NCBI RefSeq assembly: GCF_900232105.1
Contig: NZ_LT934425.1
Coordinates: 1,410,001-1,442,000 of the forward strand
Length of the DNA: 32,000 nt
Direction of reading: 5' to 3'
From: Candidatus Kuenenia stuttgartensis
Lineage (GTDB): Bacteria; Planctomycetota; Brocadiia; Brocadiales; Brocadiaceae
Part shown: positions 17,598 to 27,079 of the stretch, piece after piece
Numbering within the stretch: position 1 is the first letter of the stretch
Layout: each line of letters starts with the position of its first letter
Position numbers and translations under genes: made by a program
Notes under the pieces: model-generated
What the model saw: the letters and a program-made list of their open reading frames with translations, nothing else
Told to the model about the DNA's origin: nothing
The model's database searches: none

Positions 17598-18554
17598 TTA
17601 GTATAAACGGTCAATACATTTTTTCACTGCGGCTACGGCCTTCGGGTGATTCATGCGGATAATATCAACCCCGGACTGCAAAAGGCTTGTTGCGGTAATC
17701 GTTTCCCACATGGGGCCTCTTTCCTCACGTGGCCCCCATTGAGGAGCATCTTTATCGTCGGATTTTGCTTCTTTTGCCCGCCATGCTTCATGGCCAACGT
17801 CACAAATTACCGGCATTGCCATTAATTTATCTCCGGTTAAGGCGGCGATTCTTTCACGCTCTTGTATAGAATACGTGTATTCCATACCGTATCCCAATGC
17901 GCCCGTTGTCTGGAACATGACGATGCGCTTGAGTGGAAAATCCATTTCAGAGACAAGGATGTTTACCTGTTTCGCAATATTAATATCTACCGGCGAGAGT
18001 GTTATAATGCTATGCCCGTCCGCAAGACAGGTAACGGTAAGCGTTTTGTAATTATCCTGAGTTACTACCCCTATCAGGCAATTTTCTCCTTTTAATGCCT
18101 GGCTCACCTTTGGCAAAATCTCATTATCTTTTTCATCATGTTCGCAACCCCAGATGATTAAGGGAACTCCGACGGCGGCAAGGATAGACTTTGCGACGTC
18201 CACGGTTTCTGCCGCAGATTTGTTTCCTTTATCCGGATGGATGCCTTCCAGTTTCAAACAGATTAAGTCCGCTCCATACTCTACGCACTTTTTTGCCCAT
18301 TGTGCGGGGTTGTCCAGGACGTCCGCAAAAGGTTTTTTTAACGTTTCAGGCCAGTCGTCGGGCGATATATCGTAAACATCCATTGCAATTACCGGTTTGT
18401 GTCCCTTGCTGCCGTCAAAATCCATAAAAGGAATGCATTTTGAGCCGCCGATAGTAACCGTTTTTTCTCTTGTTCCCCCCTCTTCTTTTGTTGCTCCGAT
18501 GGTAATTTCGTTTACGCTACTTGTCCATTTTTCAGCTACATTTGGTATTTCCAT
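17598..18554 (-). CDS. acsD: CODH/ACS complex, corrinoid iron-sulfur protein small (delta) subunit
   Basis: 318 aa; TIM-barrel-like CdhD/AcsD sequence, adjacent to acsE. Confidence 0.9.
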   Translation of the reverse strand: MEIPNVAEKWTSSVNEITIGATKEEGGTREKTVTIGGSKCIPFMDFDGSKGHKPVIAMDVYDISPDDWPETLKKPFADVLDNPAQWAKKCVEYGADLICLKLEGIHPDKGNKSAAETVDVAKSILAAVGVPLIIWGCEHDEKDNEILPKVSQALKGENCLIGVVTQDNYKTLTVTCLADGHSIITLSPVDINIAKQVNILVSEMDFPLKRIVMFQTTGALGYGMEYTYSIQERERIAALTGDKLMAMPVICDVGHEAWRAKEAKSDDKDAPQWGPREERGPMWETITATSLLQSGVDIIRMNHPKAVAAVKKCIDRLY

Positions 18555-18616
18555 GAATCGTTCTCCTACTTATCCAGGTCTAACGTACCTTGTAAATCTA
18601 AATTATGTTCTCACGA

Positions 18617-18704
18617 GTAGGGTGGATTAAGCAACAGCGAATCCACCTTTTTCGTTATTATTGGTGGATTCGTCGCGAAAAGGCCGCGCCTTAATCCACC
18701 CTAC
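18617..18704. repeat. Nested hairpin element GTAGGGTGGATTAAG ... CTTAATCCACCCTAC with inner CGAATCCACC/GGTGGATTCG
   Basis: Outer 15-bp perfect arms 18617-18631/18690-18704; inner 10-bp arms 18638-18647/18663-18672. Confidence 0.9.
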
Positions 18705-18739
18705 AAATGATAAAATCATATTTTGCCGGCAGCGCCTTT

Positions 18740-19510
18740 TTAAAGCACGGTTGCGGGCAAATGTTGCCGTAAAAAATCTCCCAATTTCCGATAAAATTTA
18801 CTCTCCCGTGAGATTTCAAAGACGGAGACTCCACAAGCCGCAGAATTGTATATTTCCTGATCGAATGGGAATATGGCAGAAACTTTAATCCCCAGGCTAT
18901 CCAGTTTCTGCTGCATATTTTCATGAATACCCTCTTCAGGCACGCGGTTTAACACGCAAAATTTTTCCTTAATCGTTATTGGTAGGGATTCTGCCAGTTT
19001 AATGATACGCTGCATGGTCAAGGCACCTACAATAGTAGGTTCGCCGACGATCATCAGAAAATCAATATTATTTGTTGTCCTGCGTGAAAGATGTTCCATC
19101 CCCGCCTCGTTGTCCAGCACAACAAAAGGATAGGTAGTTCCTACTTTATCAAGATATTTTCGCAGGAGATTGTTAACATAACAATAGCATTTTGGCCCCT
19201 CGGGCCTGCCCATGGTCAAAAGGTCAAATTTGTCTCTTTCGACAATCGATTCCTCGATACAATATTCTATGTATCTGTCCTTCGACATGCCCGCAGGAAA
19301 CTCCGCTTTTTTTTCAATAATATCTTCCCGTATGTCCGCAACAGTGCTGTCGATGTGCAGACCAAGCAATGGTCCCAGGGAAGAGTTAGGGTCCGCGTCA
19401 ATTGCTGAAACGGTCTTTTTTAATTCTTCGGTGATGTATCGTATGATAAGCGCGGAGATAGTAGACTTCCCCGTACCACCTTTTCCTGCAACTGCAATGT
19501 TATATGCCAT
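18740..19510 (-). CDS. CooC-like MinD-family ATPase (Ni insertion / CODH-ACS maturation), paralogue 1
   Basis: 'MAYNIAVAGKGGTGKSTISALIIRYI' deviant Walker A; context. Confidence 0.88.
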   Translation of the reverse strand: MAYNIAVAGKGGTGKSTISALIIRYITEELKKTVSAIDADPNSSLGPLLGLHIDSTVADIREDIIEKKAEFPAGMSKDRYIEYCIEESIVERDKFDLLTMGRPEGPKCYCYVNNLLRKYLDKVGTTYPFVVLDNEAGMEHLSRRTTNNIDFLMIVGEPTIVGALTMQRIIKLAESLPITIKEKFCVLNRVPEEGIHENMQQKLDSLGIKVSAIFPFDQEIYNSAACGVSVFEISRESKFYRKLGDFLRQHLPATVL

Positions 19511-19524
19511 GATATGGATCTCCT

Positions 19525-21486
19525 TTATTTTTTACTCACCATTAATTCTTCTGCCACGGAGGGGAATTTTTCAATATTCGTGTGAGGAAGAAAGTTTGCC
19601 GATACATATTCTTCCATGTATTTATTGTTGCTCATCAGATCAATATAGGTCATTTTCGTACCGATTTCTTTTGCAACTTCGTGGGCCTCCGCGGAGAATA
19701 AGGTCATTTTCGCACCGATTATTGAAGTGTTACCGACAAAATGTACTTTTGCGATCTCAATATCAGGGAGCATGCCAATGGTAACGGCACTTTTCGCATC
19801 CAGATAGCTTCCGAACCCGCCGGCGAGGTACACCTGTTCGATACTTTCCACGTCCATTCCCATAGATTCCAGTAAGGTGGAAATCGCGGAATAAATAGCC
19901 GCTTTGGACCGGATAAGGTTCTGTATATCCGCCTGCGTAATAATGATGTCTTTCTTTTTTGCCGTTTCTTTCCTGTCTACAAGGAGAAATTCCTGTCCGT
20001 TATCCGTAGACCGTAATCTTTCCGTTTTTATCCCTTTTTGAAAATTCCCCGTCCGGTCAATGACGCCGCTTCTTACCAGATTTGCCAGGCATTCCAATAA
20101 CCCGGAGCCGCAAATTCCGGAGGGAGGGGCGTCACCGATTGTTTTGTACATTACGTCAAAGTCCGGTGTAATGGTTATTTTTTCAATGGCGCCTTTTGCT
20201 GCACGCATACCACAGGAAATTCCGCTGCCTTCAAAAGACGGGCCGGCGGACGCGGAACAGCATACAAGCCAGTCCTTGTTTCCCAGCACAATTTCACCAT
20301 TAGTGCCGATATCTATCAGCAGTGATAATGCCTCCGCCTTATCCAATCTTATGGATAAAACGCCGGCAGATATGTCTCCGCCGACATAAGCCCCAACGCA
20401 GGGCAGCGTGTAAAGCAGGCCATGACTGTTAATCCTGACGTCGATTTCACTTGCCCTTATTGGCGCAATAATATTGACAACAGGAAGATACGGTTCCTTT
20501 CTTATATTAGTCGGGTCAAGGCCCATGAGAAAATGAGTCATTACCGTATTGCCTGCGCAAACGACGGCATTGACATTGTGGATATTCAGGGTATTCCTTT
20601 TCACCAGCGTGGATATGAGGTGGTTAACATCCTCTGTCAGCATTTCGTGCATCATTTCCATCGCATTATTTTGGGCAGCATACATAATTCTCTGGATGTA
20701 ATCGTCACCGTACTTGATCTGTGAATTATAGGTGGCTTCGGCGTCAATGGTTTCCGTTGTGGACAAATTAATCAGATGTGCTACTACTGTTGTTGTTCCA
20801 ATGTCAACAGCTATCCCATAATTGTTTGCGCTTACGTCACCCGGCTGCACCTCGATTATTTCAAATAATGGGCATCTGTTTGCCAGGGTTACTGTTATCT
20901 TCCAGTCGCTGCTTCTTAGCAGCGCCGGCAATTGCTTTAAAACAGCGAGGTGTATGGATAATTTTTCCGCAGAAATAGTTGTTTCCGAGGAAATGCCCTG
21001 GCAGAGCCTTTCATAATCCGCCATGTTGTCGTCCATGGTTGGACGCGGCAATTCAAGATATATCTTATTTATCAACGGGGCATGTTTAAACTGTTCTACT
21101 CCCGGATTAATGGCCGCCTGAGAACCGGAAAACAGCATATTATCCCCTACCAGTATCCGGCTCTTGTCCAGCCGTGACTCTTCGGGAATAAATACTTCAA
21201 GGTTATCATCTATTAATGTTTTGCATGCAAGCACATATCCTTTTTCTGCTTCTTCTACAGAAATATGGGAGGAAGGCCGCCTTTGTGTTTTCCCGGACTG
21301 AAGAATTACCTTACATTTGCCGCAGGTGCCATCCCCTCCGCACAAGGCATTAATAAAGAGATCGCCTTTGTATGAGGCATCAAGCACCGTCTTTCCCGGT
21401 TCTATTTCAACAGTTATATCATTAGGGAGAAAATGTATTGTATAGTGTGAATCTTCCATGCTATTTCCACGGCTTTTTATAGCCAA
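19525..21486 (-). CDS. 2Fe-2S ferredoxin plus ASKHA (DUF4445) protein, corrinoid activation/regeneration (AcsV/RACo-like)
   Basis: N-terminal 'ALCGGDGTCGKCKVILQSG' 2Fe-2S motif; 'YGIAVDIGTTTVVAHLINL' and 'LIDIGTNGEIVLG' ASKHA motifs. Confidence 0.88.
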   Translation of the reverse strand: MAIKSRGNSMEDSHYTIHFLPNDITVEIEPGKTVLDASYKGDLFINALCGGDGTCGKCKVILQSGKTQRRPSSHISVEEAEKGYVLACKTLIDDNLEVFIPEESRLDKSRILVGDNMLFSGSQAAINPGVEQFKHAPLINKIYLELPRPTMDDNMADYERLCQGISSETTISAEKLSIHLAVLKQLPALLRSSDWKITVTLANRCPLFEIIEVQPGDVSANNYGIAVDIGTTTVVAHLINLSTTETIDAEATYNSQIKYGDDYIQRIMYAAQNNAMEMMHEMLTEDVNHLISTLVKRNTLNIHNVNAVVCAGNTVMTHFLMGLDPTNIRKEPYLPVVNIIAPIRASEIDVRINSHGLLYTLPCVGAYVGGDISAGVLSIRLDKAEALSLLIDIGTNGEIVLGNKDWLVCCSASAGPSFEGSGISCGMRAAKGAIEKITITPDFDVMYKTIGDAPPSGICGSGLLECLANLVRSGVIDRTGNFQKGIKTERLRSTDNGQEFLLVDRKETAKKKDIIITQADIQNLIRSKAAIYSAISTLLESMGMDVESIEQVYLAGGFGSYLDAKSAVTIGMLPDIEIAKVHFVGNTSIIGAKMTLFSAEAHEVAKEIGTKMTYIDLMSNNKYMEEYVSANFLPHTNIEKFPSVAEELMVSKK

Positions 21487-21689
21487 AAGTATATGATTTT
21501 CTAAAAAATTTAGTACGGTATATTGATACTGAACATCTTGGATGAACGATTTACGATTTTAGATTTTTTTGATCTGTGTAATCGTTCGACTGAGCTCACG
21601 ACGAAGTCAGTGAAATATGTGGTTTCCTTTTTTTATTAATTTATGATTTACAATTTGGAATTTTAAAGCGTAAATCGAACCTCGAACCT

Positions 21690-23030
21690 CTAATTATGCC
21701 ACTCGGTCTTCAGGTAAGAGGGTATTCCTGAGGCTTCTCTAGGTCCTACAAGTATTTCCCACCCAAGGGTTTCCTGCAATTTTCCAGACATTGCAGCAAC
21801 AAGCCCGGGAATAATCAACTTCTTGTGTTTCACCTTAGAGGCCACCTGTGCAGCCTCCATGGCCTTTGCTACCGTTTTATCATTTAACTTGTCGCCCGAA
21901 TAAGCGGTCAGCACCGAAGTGCCTCCCGTATCAACGGACAGTATGTATGCGGGAACACGACTCGCCTCAACCTCTCCTAATACGGTATAATAAGTAAGAG
22001 AGAAATTGGTAGTGAAGATAACCGGTGAATCTTCTTTCACATCGCCTATACCATACAGCTTTGGTTCGACCTGTATTGGCTTTTGCGGGTCGGTATATAA
22101 ATTTGTTCTGACGGTAAGCAACGGCATAATGCCCCATGGTTCACAATGATCCACCACCACAATGCCAGCGTATTTCGCCACATATGTTGCGGCTAACGAA
22201 ATTTCCATGAACGGGTCTTCTTCTGAAACAAGCGTAATGGCGGGGTATCCGATGGCACGAAAGTTTTTCTTAAGGGCTGCGCGTCTTATTTTTGTTAATT
22301 TTTGCAATACATCCCTGGGATTATCACCGCTCACATCAAGGACAATCTCTTCCACGCCTGCTTTTTTTGCGCATTCGGCAAGGTCTGCAAGCTCTTCAAG
22401 AGTAGGGGCGGTCACCGTCATCGGGCATTTATTTTCTACCGCTAATGCCGCCATCGATGCACAATTTTGCGCATTTGCTCCATGCAGCAAGGGTCTTTTC
22501 TCCGCGCAATTTGCGAGTGCAGATTTCATATTATCTACGGAGGTGCTGCTTAATATAATACAATGGTGGGAACCTTCGCTTATTTTTTTTGCCGCATCGG
22601 CAAATTTTTCCGGCGTATTGCTTTTATTAATGAGTGTTATCAGATCAATTTCGATCTCAGTGCCAACCCTTGAAACCTTCATATTGTTAATTTTTTTCAG
22701 GCGTTCGTCGAATGCTTCATTGCTCAAATCGTCACAAATAGTAATCCCTATGCCGGTGGGATGATAAAATTTTTCATCATGCCGGAATAGGACGTTTTCT
22801 TCGCCTACCTGCACCTTTTTGCCGTTTGCTCCAATGGTTACCAGTTTTATCGGGGGAGCCGAAGCGGCGCCTAACGTATTTTTAGCCTCTTCACTTACGT
22901 CAGGGCAATCCGAGAGATTTGCCTTCTTTTGCGCCAGTTGCATGGCAAAGGCAAGGCACGTAGGCCTCCCACATTTTTTGCAATTTGTTTTTGGAAGCAG
23001 CTTATAAATATCCAGTCCGGTTAAAGCCAT
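21690..23030 (-). CDS. acsC: CODH/ACS complex, corrinoid iron-sulfur protein large (gamma) subunit
   Basis: 'MALTGLDIYKLLPKTNCKKCGRPTCLAFAMQLAQKKANLSDCP' 4Fe-4S motif; 446 aa. Confidence 0.93.
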   Translation of the reverse strand: MALTGLDIYKLLPKTNCKKCGRPTCLAFAMQLAQKKANLSDCPDVSEEAKNTLGAASAPPIKLVTIGANGKKVQVGEENVLFRHDEKFYHPTGIGITICDDLSNEAFDERLKKINNMKVSRVGTEIEIDLITLINKSNTPEKFADAAKKISEGSHHCIILSSTSVDNMKSALANCAEKRPLLHGANAQNCASMAALAVENKCPMTVTAPTLEELADLAECAKKAGVEEIVLDVSGDNPRDVLQKLTKIRRAALKKNFRAIGYPAITLVSEEDPFMEISLAATYVAKYAGIVVVDHCEPWGIMPLLTVRTNLYTDPQKPIQVEPKLYGIGDVKEDSPVIFTTNFSLTYYTVLGEVEASRVPAYILSVDTGGTSVLTAYSGDKLNDKTVAKAMEAAQVASKVKHKKLIIPGLVAAMSGKLQETLGWEILVGPREASGIPSYLKTEWHN

Positions 23031-23081
23031 TCGTCAACATCCTTTCGATAAAGAAGTTAGCAATTTTTTTTATATAAAAAA

Positions 23082-23125
23082 AATACCCCTTTGCCATTAT
23101 GTAATATATAAGGAAAAGGGGTAAA
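23082..23125 (-). terminator. Intrinsic terminator-like hairpin upstream of acsC
   Basis: Minus strand TACCCCTTT...AAAGGGGTA immediately followed by TTTTTTTTATAT. Confidence 0.65.
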
Positions 23126-23278
23126 TATTCTATACATGATTATTTAAAATATCAAGTAATTATCCGTAACTATTCAGCGTAATCTATTAAACTACCGAAG
23201 CACAACTCGTTCTCAAACCTTGTACTGAACATAGTGAAGTATCTGTTTGGGAACGTAATGGCGATGGAAACTACATTC

Positions 23279-23678
23279 GCGGGTTCAGGTTACAAACCAA
23301 TGTCATTAAGTTAAGAATTATTGTAACACTTTGGTTTAAAAAAAAAACGTATTACCGATAAGCTCCGTAGGAGCAACCTGTTTATAGTAGATAGGATACC
23401 ATAACAGATATTAGTTCCGTCAGGAGCGGCCTGTCTTCCTGTCAATCATATACAGGCCGCTCCTACGGAGCTATTTACCTGTTGAATTTTATTGCGCTAC
23501 AAACAGACCGCCCCTAAAGGGGCTACATTGTTTTTTATATCCCCTTGGATTTTTCAAATAACTAAGGTATTAAGAATTATTTTATTAAAAACAACCCCCT
23601 TTTCCCCCTTTATTAAGGGGAACTTTTCTGGCAGGTTGCTTAACTTAATGACATTGGGTTACAAACCTGAACCCGCCG
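23279..23678. mobile_element. MITE-like element, copy 2 (inverse orientation to copy 1)
   Basis: GCGGGTTCAGGTTACAAACCAATGTCATTAAGTTAAG ... CTTAACTTAATGACATTGGGTTACAAACCTGAACCCGC; internal 'gctccgtaggagc', 'aggccgctcctacggagc' hairpins shared with copy 1. Confidence 0.85.
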
Positions 23679-23874
23679 GGAGTCGTGTAATGTTTACGCT
23701 GAATAGTTACAATTATCCTGCCTAAACAGACATAGCCGAAACGAAACAACTTCCAGACTGCACCCCCCGCCAGCGGGGAACATTCTCCTCCCTTCTGGAG
23801 GAGGTAAGGTAGAGGATTCGTACAAATATTTTGCCAAAAGATGCCATGAAATTACTGATTAAGGCACTCTATCT

Positions 23875-24501
23875 TTATACTTTTAAGTCATCGCTGGAGG
23901 ATATAATTTTATTGACCAAACCATACTGACAAGCTTCTTCGGCAGACATCCAAAAATTCCTCTTTGTGTCTGTCTCTACTTTCCCTATCGGTTGACCGGT
24001 TTCTACGGAAATCATACGATTCATTTTTTCCCTGCATTTCAGTATTTCGGTTGCCTCGATTTGAAGATCCGATGCAGTTCCATGAATACCGGTGGAAGGT
24101 TGATGGATAAGTATGCGCGAACTTGGCAAACTATACCGATCCTCTTTTTTTGCTCCTAAAAGAATAATGACCGCCGCACTGGCAACTACCCCCGAGCAAA
24201 TAGCCTTAATTTTCGGTTTAACAAAACGCAGCATGTCGTACATCGCAAAACCCGCGTCGGCATCTCCGCCCGGAGAATTAATGAATACCCTGATATCTTC
24301 GTCATTATCCGCCTCGAGGAGTAATAGTTGCGTTATGACCCTCTCTGCCATTTTTTTATTTACTTCATCCGTAACAATAATCGTGCGTGTCTTAAGCAAT
24401 CTTGCAATTAAATCTCCACCGCCACGTTTTTTTTCTTCTTTCTCTTCTTTCTCCTCTTCGCTATCACCCCTGGTGTTTAAAAATGGCATTTCAAAAATCA
24501 T
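23875..24501 (-). CDS. clpP: ClpP-family serine protease paralogue
   Basis: 'INSPGGDADAGFAMYD', 'GVVASAAVIILLGAK', 'RILIHQPS' ClpP signatures; acidic/basic linker-like N-terminus. Confidence 0.88.
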   Translation of the reverse strand: MIFEMPFLNTRGDSEEEKEEKEEKKRGGGDLIARLLKTRTIIVTDEVNKKMAERVITQLLLLEADNDEDIRVFINSPGGDADAGFAMYDMLRFVKPKIKAICSGVVASAAVIILLGAKKEDRYSLPSSRILIHQPSTGIHGTASDLQIEATEILKCREKMNRMISVETGQPIGKVETDTKRNFWMSAEEACQYGLVNKIISSSDDLKV

Positions 24502-24866
24502 ACATTCACTCCACGATAAAATCCTGTAAAAAATAATTTAATTCCACTCTCTGTTGAATAATAAAATTGCTGTAAACTACATTCGCGGGTTCAGGCTTTA
24601 GGCGGTTTTTTTAATAAAACAGCGAGCCGCAGTGCATAGCCCCATTATTCAAATAAACGCATGGGTTGCAAACCTGAATCCACCTGGATATGCTTTAATA
24701 GGCTGGGTTTTAAAAAGACAAAGCCCAACGGCATTCATTTTCACCCATCCCTAACCCTTCCCTGGAGGGGAATCAGACATGTCCCTATTGTGAGGGGCTA
24801 GGAACGGGTTTGTTAATTAGCAGTTTCCAGACGCATGTAATGCGTCTCTGCAAAGATGGGGGGTTC

Positions 24867-27050
24867 TCAGAACATTGGATCCATGGATAAGGCAGGGTGG
24901 TTTATTTTTTGCATATATTCCACTACTTCTTCTTCCGTCTGGGCTACAGTCTCATCGGCTATTTTATCCAGAAAATTCTCCAAATCCATTTCTTTTGACG
25001 CCTTTTCAAGCTGTTCCGAAAGTTCTTCTTTTAATGCCTTCGGCATCCACACTACCCTTGCCAAACCCCCGTCGGCGGAAATAAACTTTTTGCTTCCCAA
25101 ATAAAATTTGCTGTGCCCCATAAACCCCGGAGTTTGGAGACCACCGCCTACAGTGCCTGCCATTGTGGAAAACTTCATGCCGCTTGGGGTCATTTCCGTA
25201 AAATCACGGTCTACCACCATAATCCCATTTGCCATGGGCAGCATTGCAGAAATACATTCGAAGCATCCGCAGCTTGTCATAGGATCAGTCATAATGCTGT
25301 ATAAACTGACCTTTTCCAGCGCCCGATTAGAACTGCTATATAAAAATTCGTTTGTGCCGTCCCACTGACCCAGTCTGTCGTCAATCACCTTTCTTTTTTC
25401 TATGGGCTGGTTGGGACCTGTTGGGTTTATTTCATAACCCGCTTTCCCGTCAAGCCAGCTCACGGAACCGCACAAACCAGACCGTTCAGGGGTAACAATA
25501 CAGACATGTGATGGCGCAAAACTCTGGCAAAGCGTACAACTGTAAAAGAGATTTACAGAATCATCCGTCATATCCCCTAACCGCGCATCACGCTCTGCAA
25601 ATGCGGCGCGTACCTCTTTTAATTTCCCTTCCACGTCTTCTTTTTTTGTATACAGGGTTACCTGTACCTTATCAATAATGGCACCAAATTCTCCGTGAAA
25701 TTTAGCATGAATGATTTTCCCGATATGTTTCAGCCGCAAACCGGCCTTAAATGCGTCTTTGCTTATACGGTGCCGAATAATATCCCTCTGTCCCATATGG
25801 AAAATACCCTGCGCCTCACCAAGAAAACGATGCATCTGACGTTCAAAAATGGGTTCAAAATCAGGTTGCATCTTTCTGCCTGTAACCTCTGCAACAATAC
25901 CGATAGATACGCCTGGCCCTTGTGGCATATCGTCGAGATCCGGCCCTATTACCTGTATTTTGCCGTCTTCCACTTCATCTGCTTCCTTTGTGCAAACAAA
26001 TTCAAAGGCGGGCACACCAGGTCCACCAATTTCTATCTGCATGTCATCTTTTCTGATGCGCTCCCCCTCGAAGGCCGGCCCGTATGCTACCGGAATATCG
26101 ACCTTGTGGATGGAAATCTTAAGCCCTCGCACCTCGATGCATCTATCCACAATTTTATCAACAGGCACCCTTGATACTACGTGTTCATAGGTGCAGACTC
26201 CCGTAGGCAAAATTTCAGGTATGTCAATATTGGTGATGGTCGGGAAGCCATAGTTGATAGCCCCGGCGGCATTTGCATATTGTTCATCGGTCACTGCAGT
26301 TCCCAGCGCCAGAACAAAGGCAAAAATGCGGTTTTTATTATAAAGGAGATTCCTGCGCGCCTCACCCGGAGGTACGTTTCCGAATGAAAGGGCTGCCCTG
26401 TTTGCAAATCCCAGCGAATACACGGCAGCGGATGTTTCTTTTCCAAAAGGCACCAGACGTGTGTCCCATCCCATTTGTACCCCTTTTTCTTCCAGTTGTT
26501 CGGCAAACGAAATTCCTAAATTGTCCGATTGCATGAATACATACAGATTCTTTTCCTGAAGTTCCCTTGCGATTTTCACTGCGGTATCGGCGTCGGGAGC
26601 GCAGCCTACAATTGCGGCAAATCCAGGCGCAGTGCCGTCCACAAACTCAATTCCTCTTTCACGCATAATAATATCGTCCGCGGCGCCCAGCCAAATTCCA
26701 TCAACAGGCGGAGGCCCTATCAGGTATTTGCAAACCTCGTAGACTTCTTCAGCAAAGAGAGTCGCCATGCCGGCATCCAGCGTATGTCCCAAATAAGGAA
26801 CCCAGTGTTTTTCCGCAGGCAGCGGAGGCAGCATGCTCCTTGCCATACCTATTATGTGAACACAATCTTCCAGTGTTTTAACGGGAATACCCGTCATGGC
26901 ATATATGATAGGCAGATAATACGCGGTATTAGGAAATTCGACTTTACAATCTCTCCCTTTTTGTTCAATTGCTTCGGTAAGTTTTTTATCCGCCTTATCC
27001 ACGATCTGATATGCTCCGCGTATTGCGGCAGAACAAATTATCTTTGACAT
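24867..27050 (-). CDS. acsB: CO-methylating acetyl-CoA synthase beta subunit
   Basis: 727 aa; A-cluster region 'CTLCQSFAPSHVCIVTPERSGLCGSVSWLDG' and 'MTSCGCFECIS'. Confidence 0.96.
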   Translation of the reverse strand: MSKIICSAAIRGAYQIVDKADKKLTEAIEQKGRDCKVEFPNTAYYLPIIYAMTGIPVKTLEDCVHIIGMARSMLPPLPAEKHWVPYLGHTLDAGMATLFAEEVYEVCKYLIGPPPVDGIWLGAADDIIMRERGIEFVDGTAPGFAAIVGCAPDADTAVKIARELQEKNLYVFMQSDNLGISFAEQLEEKGVQMGWDTRLVPFGKETSAAVYSLGFANRAALSFGNVPPGEARRNLLYNKNRIFAFVLALGTAVTDEQYANAAGAINYGFPTITNIDIPEILPTGVCTYEHVVSRVPVDKIVDRCIEVRGLKISIHKVDIPVAYGPAFEGERIRKDDMQIEIGGPGVPAFEFVCTKEADEVEDGKIQVIGPDLDDMPQGPGVSIGIVAEVTGRKMQPDFEPIFERQMHRFLGEAQGIFHMGQRDIIRHRISKDAFKAGLRLKHIGKIIHAKFHGEFGAIIDKVQVTLYTKKEDVEGKLKEVRAAFAERDARLGDMTDDSVNLFYSCTLCQSFAPSHVCIVTPERSGLCGSVSWLDGKAGYEINPTGPNQPIEKRKVIDDRLGQWDGTNEFLYSSSNRALEKVSLYSIMTDPMTSCGCFECISAMLPMANGIMVVDRDFTEMTPSGMKFSTMAGTVGGGLQTPGFMGHSKFYLGSKKFISADGGLARVVWMPKALKEELSEQLEKASKEMDLENFLDKIADETVAQTEEEVVEYMQKINHPALSMDPMF

Positions 27051-27079
27051 AGAACAACGCCCCTTTAATCCATTTTTTT

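Noticed and set aside
17567-17614. ORF-track start of acsE at 17614, overlapping acsD
   Set aside because: Conserved N-terminus MISIGERINGMF begins at 17566; the 16-aa extension is probably not translated.
24585-24690. Possible third TIR element ('gcgggttcaggcttta...ggttgcaaacctgaatcc')
   Set aside because: Only the outermost ~15 bp at each side resemble the TIRs and the interior (~90 bp) does not match the 400-bp elements; too degenerate to call, though possibly a remnant.
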